This document shows, piece after piece, positions 9,421 through 17,316 of a stretch of DNA of 42,216 bases; the first letter of the stretch is position 1, and each line of letters starts with the position of its first letter. The stretch is from a virus. Position numbers and translations under genes: made by a program. The stretch lies in IMG/VR virus record IMGVR_UViG_3300027858_000002, one strand, 5' to 3'. The notes beneath the pieces were generated by a model. It searched no databases. It saw only the letters and a program-made list of their open reading frames with translations, and had not been told where the DNA came from.

Positions 9421-11055
9421 TTAAAACTTAATGTTCCCAACAAAGAAATCAACGTCTTCGCCCAATATTTTATCCGCTTGAAACAAAGCGTGTATGAAGG
9501 CTTGGAAACCATCTGTTTTCCTTCTGAATTCATCCTTCTTCAAATACTCTTTGTTCCCATCTTTCTTGATGTGGACGTACACGTTATTCGTGTACCATCT
9601 CATCAGTGGGTTGTCGTCGAAGATGATTTGTTTATTAGCGAACATCGTTTCTACTCTTGGAGCTAGGAGAGAATGAATCGCTTTAGGGTTGCGGATGTAT
9701 TGCAGTTCAAAACCTTCTGCTTCTAACGCTGACTTAACTAAATCAAGTCTGAATGTATCGGCTACGATTGTATTAACTCCATATATCTCACGCATCTCCA
9801 CAAACCAATTAACGATGTTAGCGATGTTAATTACAGGCTCATCAAGTATTGTAAGGAAACCTTGTTCTTCCCACAGTTTGATAGGTACTTTTAATTGCAC
9901 CGTGTCCAAGAACCCTTTACGAACATAAGAATGAGACTTCCACACGTATTCATCACCTATCTTGAATAACAACCCAACAGCCGCGAAATCTTTAATGCTT
10001 GCAAAGTCTAAGCCACCTACTGCTGTACGATGTTTCAATTCGGGGAATGGTCTGTTGGTTGCTAAGATGTCTTCCCATGATGCGACTGTTTTATTTAAAT
10101 CGACTTCAGGATAGTTCATCCGTTTAGTCATAAACTCTTCACGATTAGAAGGATTGTTTGCGAGTTGCTTGTATTGCGTGATTACTTTCTTCAACAATCC
10201 CTTAGCGTAAAAGCTCATAGGCTTGCTAAACATTGGATTAGCTTTCTCCCACACTGACGGATCATCAAGCTCTTTAGGATCATCAATCTTACATATGAAA
10301 GGAAATAACGGATCGTCTAAATCTTTGCCTTCCAATATGTTCATCGCTCGTTCTTTCATCTTGTCTAAGAAACCTTCACGAACATATCCATCTGTTCCAA
10401 TAAAAAATTCCCTAGCGTTTGCGACTTTTCCAAGTCCACTAGAGAATACATTTACTACATCTGAATTTTCATAACGATGAATCTCATCATAGATGACCGC
10501 GCCATCACGCAAACCATCTTTACTACCAGCGTTTGAAGTGTGGAATTGAAGAACGCTTTTCGTGTCATTCCCTGCAATTTCTACTTTCGTTCTATAAAAC
10601 ATTTCCTCTAATACTTCATTAGATCCTACAATGTCGTATATTTCCTTGAACGATGTCTTTGCTTGTAACTCGCTGTTGGCCACAATGGAGATATTATATT
10701 TCGGTATGCCATGTAATGGGCTTAGGAAGAAGTGGCTCAACGCGGAAATCAATCCGTTCTTACCACCACCACGCGCCATCATAATTAAAAACTGTTCGTA
10801 GAATACTGAGTTATCCGATTTGTGAAACAAAAATACAAACGCTGCAATGAATCGTTGAAATGACTGTAAAGGGAAATACCATTTCTCTGTAAACTTGATA
10901 AAGTTTTCAATCATCTCATTATCAAAATACAAATCATCTCTAATCAGTACGTGTGCTTCCAGGTAATCAATCAGCATGATTCGCTCTTTATTCAGCATGA
11001 TCTCGCCTGACTTGTACTGACGAATATATTCAGCGACGTGCGTGTTCGAAATCAT
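9421..11055 (-). CDS. terL: Terminase large subunit
   Basis: 544 aa with the Walker A-like ARGGGKNG. ATGA overlap with the small subunit stop. Confidence 0.95.
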   Translation of the reverse strand: MISNTHVAEYIRQYKSGEIMLNKERIMLIDYLEAHVLIRDDLYFDNEMIENFIKFTEKWYFPLQSFQRFIAAFVFLFHKSDNSVFYEQFLIMMARGGGKNGLISALSHFFLSPLHGIPKYNISIVANSELQAKTSFKEIYDIVGSNEVLEEMFYRTKVEIAGNDTKSVLQFHTSNAGSKDGLRDGAVIYDEIHRYENSDVVNVFSSGLGKVANAREFFIGTDGYVREGFLDKMKERAMNILEGKDLDDPLFPFICKIDDPKELDDPSVWEKANPMFSKPMSFYAKGLLKKVITQYKQLANNPSNREEFMTKRMNYPEVDLNKTVASWEDILATNRPFPELKHRTAVGGLDFASIKDFAAVGLLFKIGDEYVWKSHSYVRKGFLDTVQLKVPIKLWEEQGFLTILDEPVINIANIVNWFVEMREIYGVNTIVADTFRLDLVKSALEAEGFELQYIRNPKAIHSLLAPRVETMFANKQIIFDDNPLMRWYTNNVYVHIKKDGNKEYLKKDEFRRKTDGFQAFIHALFQADKILGEDVDFFVGNIKF

Positions 11056-11360
11056 AGCAAGTCTTTAGCTGAGCGTGGCTTGTCCTTATCGTCATCAGGT
11101 TCGAATCCGAATGACCTTTCAATATTTAATAATGAAGCGTTAATCTTATTTCTTTCTCCGATTAGAGGGTGGGCTTTTGTGAAGCGTTGCGCCCCGTTTT
11201 CCGTGACGACAGATTCACCTTCGTCTTCAATTATTTGATTGACCTTTCTGAATGACTCAACCATGTTGATATATCTTTCGACTTTCTCGACTTGAATTAA
11301 ATCTTCCACATCAATCCTATCCATGAGCTGCTTTTTCAACTTCGTAATATTAACCGCCAT
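11052..11360 (-). CDS. terS: Terminase small subunit (P27-like)
   Basis: 102 aa immediately upstream of terL and overlapping it. Confidence 0.85.
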   Translation of the reverse strand: MAVNITKLKKQLMDRIDVEDLIQVEKVERYINMVESFRKVNQIIEDEGESVVTENGAQRFTKAHPLIGERNKINASLLNIERSFGFEPDDDKDKPRSAKDLL

Positions 11361-11464
11361 ACCCCCACCCCCTATCCTGATTAATTTGAGTTAAATCTCA
11401 AACATCGACTCCCCCTCCGGTGCCTAGAGTTGTTTGAATTTGTCAAACAATTTGACGGGGGGTG
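11361..11464. other. Candidate cos region in the HNH-terS intergenic gap
   Basis: 104-bp gap with C/G runs unusual for this AT-rich genome: ACCCCCACCCCC, CGACTCCCCCTCCGGTGCC, GACGGGGGGTG. It also holds an 8-bp perfect inverted repeat TTGTTTGA-N5-TCAAACAA (11431-11451) and TTTGAG-N6-CTCAAA (11385-11402). Confidence 0.45.
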
Positions 11465-11791
11465 TCACCACTGTTCATCATTCCATTGTGGTTCTTTCTT
11501 TTCTTGTGTTCGCCCATGAATTTCATTGTGACACTTAACACAACACACTTCTAAGTTGTCTATGTCTAATGCAAAGGCAGGATGATCTTCTAACTCTTTG
11601 ATGTGATGAACGACCAGCTTAATCTTCTTTCGTTTGCCAGTGTGTTCATATACATCAATGCTTGTTAGTCCATTACGTTTACATCGTTGACATTCATTGT
11701 TGTCTCTCTCCATTACCTTACGTCGTATAGACTTCCACAACCCTGAGTCGTAGAACTTGCGCTTCTGTTCGATGGATTTGTATTCGTTCAT
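11465..11791 (-). CDS. HNH endonuclease associated with the terminase
   Basis: Motif HHIKELEDHP...NLEVCCVKCHNEIH plus a CxxC pair. Position is directly upstream of terS. Confidence 0.93.
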   Translation of the reverse strand: MNEYKSIEQKRKFYDSGLWKSIRRKVMERDNNECQRCKRNGLTSIDVYEHTGKRKKIKLVVHHIKELEDHPAFALDIDNLEVCCVKCHNEIHGRTQEKKEPQWNDEQW

Positions 11792-12042
11792 TCATTCACC
11801 CCAGTCATTAACGCATGACCAAACGAGATAGTGTTGCGATCACCCTAACCTTTCTCGATTTGACTTAATAGCCTTCAAGTAAAGCAGTATGACCACCACC
11901 TTTCATATGTATGTAACAATACTCACCATTTAATGAACGCAGTCGATATGATTAGATAACCCATCATCATGAGTCGATATCGTGTAACATATCCCTGTTC
12001 ATCTATCTATGTTCATTAACCATTAACGTTCTATCTTATGTA

Positions 12043-12076
12043 CATAATAAAAAGCCCTAGCAATCGCCAAGGCTTT
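12043..12076 (-). terminator. Intrinsic terminator closing the middle-gene unit
   Basis: Minus RNA AAAGCCUUGGC-GAUU-GCUAGGGCUUU (11 bp, two G.U pairs) followed by UUAUUAUGU. Confidence 0.7.
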
Positions 12077-12258
12077 CATGTGACTGTCATCAATGGTGTA
12101 CATCCCTGAGACCATTGCAGTCTGTTTGTTTACATCCACATTACTGAATGTTTTATGAACCTGTGTTTGGCAGTGCTAATAATTTGAGTCGCGCGACTAA
12201 ACTATTTTAAATCTCATGGCTTATCAATCCATTTATAGTTATGACCTTTCAGTCATTG

Positions 12259-12960
12259 CTACCTATTATCATTCTCTATCATCTTTTGTAAAGCTTCATC
12301 ACGTTTAGAATGATTAGTAGGTATGTAACCATTATTCATTCCGCGAAGCTTTTGTTTCTCTTTATACAATGCTTTTATTGCTGGAACCAAACGATCCAAA
12401 CGCTGCTCGATATGTTTCGTTGGTATTCTTATAACTTCCCAACCTTTACCAAACTCATTAATCAAATCAACATCTCGCACACTGTCTTTTAATATTTGGT
12501 ATTGATGAAGATAACCATCGATTTCTAACGCTACTTTCATTGAAGGTATCAATATATCTATACGATGCCTTTTAATCTTGTATTGCATTTTGATAGGAAC
12601 TTCATTTCTTATAAGTTCCATAGCTGCCATCATCTCAGGTGAACTCCCGAATTTATTAGGGTCTTTCCTCGCTAACTCAATGACGGCTTCAGCAACTTCT
12701 TTGTATTTAAACATCGGCAATGATTGCTTCTCGATGTTTCTTAAAGCACGTTCATACATAACCTCAACTTTTAACGCCACATACTCTTTTAATGTTTCTT
12801 CTTTTTCTTCTAAATATTTATCCTTACAATCTTGGCAAAACATTCTAAGTGTAGGTTTCTTGTAACCATGTGCTACTTTACTTTCACAGTACCAACACTC
12901 AAATAGATAAATCATTTCTTCCTTTTCCACATACTCATTTTTCTTAAAATCATAAACCAT
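12259..12960 (-). CDS. Zn-ribbon protein with a C-terminal DUF559/Vsr-like PD-(D/E)XK nuclease-like domain
   Basis: 233 aa. N-terminal CWYC...CQDC. C-terminal RHRIDILIPSMKVALEIDGYLH...RDVDL...GWEVIRIP resembles the DUF559 endonuclease pattern. GAGGAG SD. Confidence 0.8.
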   Translation of the reverse strand: MVYDFKKNEYVEKEEMIYLFECWYCESKVAHGYKKPTLRMFCQDCKDKYLEEKEETLKEYVALKVEVMYERALRNIEKQSLPMFKYKEVAEAVIELARKDPNKFGSSPEMMAAMELIRNEVPIKMQYKIKRHRIDILIPSMKVALEIDGYLHQYQILKDSVRDVDLINEFGKGWEVIRIPTKHIEQRLDRLVPAIKALYKEKQKLRGMNNGYIPTNHSKRDEALQKMIENDNR

Positions 12961-13063
12961 AGTTTTCCCACTCCTCGCGACTGTGTCTAACTGTTGGGGT
13001 TGTACCCCATAATAGAACTATAAACCAAAAGTGTTACCTCAAAATACCAATTCAGTATTATTT

Positions 13064-13480
13064 TCAATGCCATCCCAACTTATCACCCACAGCGTAAATG
13101 ATTTCATTACGCCATCTAAAGCCTGTCATTCTTCCCACTTCTAATTCTTCTGTTATCGCTTCCCATGTACGCTTACGATTTGCCCAATAAAGCATATGAA
13201 TCAATAACTTAGGCTTTTCTTCTAACTTGTCATACACGCTCGTAATAGCCGTTTCAATGCGTTCTAACTCACTTAGTCGTTTGTCCATAACTAAACGTGT
13301 AGCAATTCTTCCTGTTGGGTCAGACGGCTCATTTGAACGTCCACCGACTAATTCTTCTGTCATTGTCGGATTCATGATTTCTTCACGACGTTTGATGATT
13401 TCTTTTCGTAAATCGTGCAGTGATGCAATTTCAGCTTCTATGTGTTTGAACGTGCTAGGTCGCATCTTGTTGTTTTTCAA
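13064..13480 (-). CDS. ArpU/RinA-type late transcriptional regulator
   Basis: 138 aa. The C-terminal WEAITEELEVGRMTGFRWRNEII resembles sigma region 4. Position is upstream of the packaging module. Confidence 0.8.
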   Translation of the reverse strand: MKNNKMRPSTFKHIEAEIASLHDLRKEIIKRREEIMNPTMTEELVGGRSNEPSDPTGRIATRLVMDKRLSELERIETAITSVYDKLEEKPKLLIHMLYWANRKRTWEAITEELEVGRMTGFRWRNEIIYAVGDKLGWH

Positions 13481-13498
13481 TCACCTTCACCCCTTCAA

Positions 13499-13514
13499 AT
13501 CTATTTTAAATCAG
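13499..13514 (-). promoter_or_regulatory. Conserved AT-rich promoter box, copy a (minus strand CTGATTTAAAATAGAT)
   Basis: One of five or more related boxes placed at operon heads. This one is just upstream of the SD of the ArpU-like gene. Confidence 0.45.
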
Positions 13515-13557
13515 TTAGTTGAGCGTGAGTTGTCGTTGAGTTTGGACGAACTGTGAA

Positions 13558-13815
13558 TTACTTAACATCTTCCTCTTTCCAAACCACCTCTGTGTTAGGT
13601 GCTAAATACATCAATCTCCCATGTTCACCAAAATTACATCCGAAACCTTTTCCTTCTTTGTGTTTCCTGTCAAATTCAGTTTTCAAGTGCGTGAATACCG
13701 CAACTATAGTTTCCTCGGTAATATCCTCTCGCTTACCTGTGATTAACCCTTTACCATTTGTTGTTACATATTCAATGCGATTCCCTAACCCTGTTACTAC
13801 GACTTCTTTTGGCAT
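13558..13815 (-). CDS. Hypothetical protein
   Basis: 85-aa ORF with AGGAGG 8 nt upstream. Confidence 0.75.
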   Translation of the reverse strand: MPKEVVVTGLGNRIEYVTTNGKGLITGKREDITEETIVAVFTHLKTEFDRKHKEGKGFGCNFGEHGRLMYLAPNTEVVWKEEDVK

Positions 13816-13861
13816 TTTACAATTCCTCCTATAGTTCGCTATATAAGTCTTCTGTGCGGTA

Positions 13862-14026
13862 TCAATCCAACCTCATCAATTTCTCATAATTCTCAATCAA
13901 CTCACGATCCGTCAGCTTCTCGAAATACTCGCGTGATTTATTCGTGTTGAATTGTGTGAGGATTTCGATGTAATAATCGCGGTCAATAGTGGTTACTTTG
14001 TCGCCACTCGCCCATTTAATACCCAT
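13862..14026 (-). CDS. Hypothetical small protein
   Basis: In-frame ATG at 14026 overlaps the dUTPase-like gene end by 11 nt. The listed longer ORF (to 14086) would overlap it by 71 nt. The SD is weak. Confidence 0.5.
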   Translation of the reverse strand: MGIKWASGDKVTTIDRDYYIEILTQFNTNKSREYFEKLTDRELIENYEKLMRLD

Positions 14027-14573
14027 TGTCTTGCCTAACATGATTAGTTTGATTTTTCGCAATGTAAGCTGCTTCAATTTCTTCAAAGCTAAATCCTAAT
14101 TTATAACCAAGTCCTAATACGCCATCTAGGAAATCTCTAACATATCGTTCTGCGTTTTCGTAATACAATAATTCATTAATATCTTGAAAAACCATGCTAA
14201 ACGTTTTGATTATTGAGTTTTTGTGATAGCGTAAATCACCAAATCTTGTTTTGTATGTGGTTAAACCAAATTCAGTTGCAATACTGATAGAGAAGTGGAG
14301 AACGTCTACGAACTCTTCAAGCAATGGATTAACAGTTTTATGAGGTGGAATTGTTTTACCTGAACCTCTAGCAAAAACCATCAATTTCTTCCTAGGTTCT
14401 TGGTCATTACTCCAAAACTTAAAACCTCTCCATTCATTTGCACACTCACCCAACTCAACCTGTAAAGCTAATAACTTTTTAGCTAAACGATCCTCACCAT
14501 CTTCTCGTGGATGTTCCTTCTCAATCCTTGCGTCCAATGCCTTCTGCATCTCGAATAATTTACTCAAATCCAT
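14016..14573 (-). CDS. dut: Dimeric (all-alpha, MazG-like) dUTPase-type nucleotide pyrophosphohydrolase
   Basis: 185 aa with LALQVELGECANEWRGFKFW and EEFVDVLHFSISIA, matching the dimeric dUTPase pattern. Confidence 0.8.
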   Translation of the reverse strand: MDLSKLFEMQKALDARIEKEHPREDGEDRLAKKLLALQVELGECANEWRGFKFWSNDQEPRKKLMVFARGSGKTIPPHKTVNPLLEEFVDVLHFSISIATEFGLTTYKTRFGDLRYHKNSIIKTFSMVFQDINELLYYENAERYVRDFLDGVLGLGYKLGFSFEEIEAAYIAKNQTNHVRQDNGY

Positions 14574-14933
14574 CTACTCGTCCCCCAACCTAATATCTAA
14601 ATGCTCACTCATCAAAAATTGTATGGTGCGTTTTAATGCTGGTATTTGGTTTACTTGTGCTTGTAGGTTCTTGTTTGCGAATTGACTATTCTTATAATCC
14701 ACTTCTAAATTCTTATAATCATCAATATACACTTGTGTACTATTTTGATAGTTGATTAATGTTTGTTTATTAAACGCTAAATCTGATTTTAATTGTTCAA
14801 TTTCCGCATCTAATTCTATGGTTGTTGCTTCCACAGGTCTTTTATTCGCTTGTGTTAAATCGTATTCCGTTAATGCAGGCCATTCAAAGTCTATTACAGG
14901 CATTGTGTGTTTAACGTTGTATGGTGAAGTCAT
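14574..14933 (-). CDS. Hypothetical coiled-coil protein
   Basis: 119-aa ORF with an ATGA overlap to the upstream gene. Confidence 0.75.
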   Translation of the reverse strand: MTSPYNVKHTMPVIDFEWPALTEYDLTQANKRPVEATTIELDAEIEQLKSDLAFNKQTLINYQNSTQVYIDDYKNLEVDYKNSQFANKNLQAQVNQIPALKRTIQFLMSEHLDIRLGDE

Positions 14934-15415
14934 CCAATCATCCCTCTCAATCTAATAATCTCTTTATTCTTAGCCGTCCATCTACCCAACACACGAATAC
15001 TGGTATTTAACTGTTTAGCTATTTCCGCATTGGTTAATCCTTGTTCACGCATTCCATTGTAGACATCAATAGACAAATCAAAACTCAATCGCTTACGTGT
15101 AACATTAAATTTCTGCTTCCAATTCTTCAAAGAGTTTGGCGACACCATGATTTCAATTGCGATTTCTTTATCTGAAATGCCTGTCTTGCATAATTCGTGA
15201 TACCGTTCAACAGTCAAACCTGATGCTGTACAAATATCCACATTCGATGGCGATAATTCCTCACCAATAGCGCGTATCTTCGTGCATATCTCACACCCTT
15301 CACATTGAGAGATGATGAAGTCCGTACCGCTAATTAACTGATGTTGTATTTCCAATCGTTGCAACTGATGGATTAATTGGCTGCGTTTTTCCCGTTTTTG
15401 TTGGCGTGTGGTCAT
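14930..15415 (-). CDS. Putative DNA-binding protein with two helix-turn-helix units and an N-terminal Cys cluster
   Basis: 161 aa with CEGCEICTK, GISDKEIAIEIMVSPNSLKNW and LTNAEIAKQLNTSIRVLGRW. Confidence 0.78.
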   Translation of the reverse strand: MTTRQQKREKRSQLIHQLQRLEIQHQLISGTDFIISQCEGCEICTKIRAIGEELSPSNVDICTASGLTVERYHELCKTGISDKEIAIEIMVSPNSLKNWKQKFNVTRKRLSFDLSIDVYNGMREQGLTNAEIAKQLNTSIRVLGRWTAKNKEIIRLRGMIG

Positions 15416-15627
15416 GTTATCGTACTTTTCTTTCTTGGAACAATTTCAACCACTCCACATTGTTGAGGGCAAATTGTTATTAAGTTACCACTTGTATCAT
15501 CACCTTGAAAATATTCTACCGCAGCTATTGAACGTTTAAATTTTTCTTTGAAATCTTCAAATTCCACATCGAAGTAATAGTTATTTGATGCACCGTTGAA
15601 ATGCACATATACAGTTGTGTAGTTCAT
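15412..15627 (-). CDS. Hypothetical protein
   Basis: 71-aa ORF with ATGA overlaps on both sides. Confidence 0.7.
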   Translation of the reverse strand: MNYTTVYVHFNGASNNYYFDVEFEDFKEKFKRSIAAVEYFQGDDTSGNLITICPQQCGVVEIVPRKKSTIT

Positions 15628-15830
15628 ACTCTCTCCCCCATTTCTAACATCTTAACCTTCAACTTCAACTGCCGATTCTCTTCCTTCACCTTCAAATACT
15701 TGTTATGACTGTTCAACAGAAAATTAAAATTCGTGCGACTGATCGTGCAGCTATCTGCAAATAGTTGGTCATGGAAGTAGTTGGTTAGGTATTCGAAACG
15801 ATTGGCGTCAGTCAACTTGTTCAACTCCAT
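15624..15830 (-). CDS. Hypothetical protein
   Basis: 68-aa ORF in a translationally coupled chain. The start is uncertain. Confidence 0.62.
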   Translation of the reverse strand: MELNKLTDANRFEYLTNYFHDQLFADSCTISRTNFNFLLNSHNKYLKVKEENRQLKLKVKMLEMGERV

Positions 15831-16020
15831 TCAATGCTTTTCTACCAGCCATCCGTAATTCAGCCCACTCAAGTGTAATAAATGGGTTACCGTCAAGTAG
15901 GTTTTCGAGTGCTTCAGCAGTTACCGCATGTCGATACTCCGATTCTTCACGTTTAGCTTTTTCGCGTTTGAGTTCAGCTTTCAAGTTATTCATCGTTTCT
16001 TCGAGTGTTAATCTAGCCAA
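15808..16020 (-). CDS. Hypothetical helical protein
   Basis: 70-aa ORF with a TTG start 7 nt after GAGGAGG. It is the first gene after promoter box b. Confidence 0.7.
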   Translation of the reverse strand: MARLTLEETMNNLKAELKREKAKREESEYRHAVTAEALENLLDGNPFITLEWAELRMAGRKALNGVEQVD

Positions 16021-16040
16021 AATACATCCTCCTCATTAAA

Positions 16041-16056
16041 AGCTATTTATAATCAG
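16041..16056 (-). promoter_or_regulatory. Conserved AT-rich promoter box, copy b (minus strand CTGATTATAAATAGCT)
   Basis: Lies just upstream of the SD of 15808..16020. A possible -35 TTGTTA sits 16 nt upstream of TATAAA. Confidence 0.45.
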
Positions 16057-16124
16057 TTTAAAGCTCATAACAATCCCTTGGCACAATTGTCTATCTTGAT
16101 AGTTAAAACGTGTTGTGCGTGTTG

Positions 16125-16832
16125 CTAGGTGTTAATTAAACGCATGTTTGCACTTGTATGATATTCTTCACTAATTTCATAACCTAAATAATTTCTATTT
16201 AGTTCTTTTGCTGCTACTGCGGTTGTTCCACTACCCATAAATGGATCGAATACTAAATCACCTTCAACTGTGCTTGCGTTTATACATCGTCTTGGTATGT
16301 CTACGTGAAACGTTGCAGGGTGTCCGCTAATTCTTCTTGGAACTTTCTTAGCTTCCCACACATCTGTCAGACACTCATGATTATTCAATTTAGTACCCTT
16401 AGTTTTTGTAAGTACAAATATCAGTTCATGTACTGGGAAAAATCTACGCTTGTCCACGTTTGCGGTCGATTTCAAATTCATTACTAACACTTGACTGATA
16501 CTAAATTCACTTTTTTGAATCCATTCAAATGGAGTTATAACTTCACCTTTTACAATTCGGTTCTTGTGATTGTAAAACATAAAGCCATCTTGCTTTAACA
16601 CTCTATAACACTCGTTCAAGACTTCTAACTGCCAATCTTGATAATCTGTTTCGGTCAACTTGTCGTTATAAGGACTTTTGTAATCACCGTAAGTCACTCT
16701 TTTACCTGCTACCATTGTGTGAAAGTCTCCTCCTAAATTGTAAGGCGGACTTGTGACGATGCAGTCTACACTATTTTCTTCCAGGTTTTCACGCATCAAG
16801 TTTAGACAATCACCGTTAATAATTTTATTCAT
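16125..16832 (-). CDS. Beta-class N4/N6 DNA methyltransferase. The SPPY motif suggests m4C.
   Basis: Motif IV IVTSPPYN precedes motif I FDPFMGSGTT. No cognate restriction gene is present. Confidence 0.93.
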   Translation of the reverse strand: MNKIINGDCLNLMRENLEENSVDCIVTSPPYNLGGDFHTMVAGKRVTYGDYKSPYNDKLTETDYQDWQLEVLNECYRVLKQDGFMFYNHKNRIVKGEVITPFEWIQKSEFSISQVLVMNLKSTANVDKRRFFPVHELIFVLTKTKGTKLNNHECLTDVWEAKKVPRRISGHPATFHVDIPRRCINASTVEGDLVFDPFMGSGTTAVAAKELNRNYLGYEISEEYHTSANMRLINT

Positions 16833-17083
16833 ACCGTCACCTCAACCTTCTTCAACCTCGCCCAACATTTCTTATGAACATCACTACCCGAAAAACTCAT
16901 CTTAGGACCACGTGTATCTTTGTTGAATCCAAATTGTTTAATATCCTTTTCGTCCACACCGCGACCCATTAACTCATAACCACGTTTCTCCAATTCCTCA
17001 ATCGCAAAATCTAATTCATATTCGTTTACTCGTTGAATGGTTAGTTTGTTTGAGTAGTTTCTGCCGTAAGCTTGAGTTGTCAT
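16829..17083 (-). CDS. Hypothetical protein
   Basis: 84-aa ORF with ATGA overlaps to both neighbours. Confidence 0.75.
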   Translation of the reverse strand: MTTQAYGRNYSNKLTIQRVNEYELDFAIEELEKRGYELMGRGVDEKDIKQFGFNKDTRGPKMSFSGSDVHKKCWARLKKVEVTV

Positions 17084-17235
17084 GATTGTTCTCCTCTCAA
17101 ATAATGCTCCACAATAATCTTAGCCAACCGACTGCTGCGACTGGTGAAGGCTTTTTCAGCTTCTTTGTCTACTTTGTTTACTATGGATCGTGGTAGTACG
17201 ATACAGACTTGCATGTTTTGTTTGTTGATTGTCAA
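17080..17235 (-). CDS. Small ribbon-helix-helix (CopG/Arc-like) protein, below the ORF-track size cutoff
   Basis: TTG at 17235 lies 9 nt after AAGGAGG. Hand translation: MTINKQNMQVCIVLPRSIVNKVDKEAEKAFTSRSSRLAKIIVEHYLRGEQS. The stop overlaps the next ATG (ATGA). Confidence 0.65.
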   Translation of the reverse strand: MTINKQNMQVCIVLPRSIVNKVDKEAEKAFTSRSSRLAKIIVEHYLRGEQS

Positions 17236-17254
17236 TAGTTTCGACCTCCTTAAA

Positions 17255-17288
17255 GTCTATTATAAATCAGCAAGTCAATTAAAGTCAA
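17255..17288 (-). promoter_or_regulatory. SigmaA-type promoter (TTGACT-18-TATAAT) with box copy c and a tandem AGTCAATTA repeat
   Basis: -10 at 17259-17264, -35 at 17283-17288. AAGTCAATTA occurs twice in tandem at 17272-17291. Confidence 0.6.
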
Positions 17289-17316
17289 TTACTATTTTGG
17301 AAGTTTCTGCATATAT

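Noticed and set aside
11098-11108. GGTTCGAATCC, a perfect tRNA T-arm-like string
   Set aside because: It lies inside the terS coding frame. I saw no acceptor, D-arm or anticodon-arm complementarity in the flanking sequence, so it is a chance match. I noticed no other tRNA-like T-arm string elsewhere.
12192-12982. CGCGACT on both flanks of the DUF559-like nuclease gene as a target-site duplication
   Set aside because: The match is only 7 bp. One copy is part of a 12-bp palindrome. No terminal inverted repeats or transposase are present. It is kept only as a weak note within the nuclease finding.
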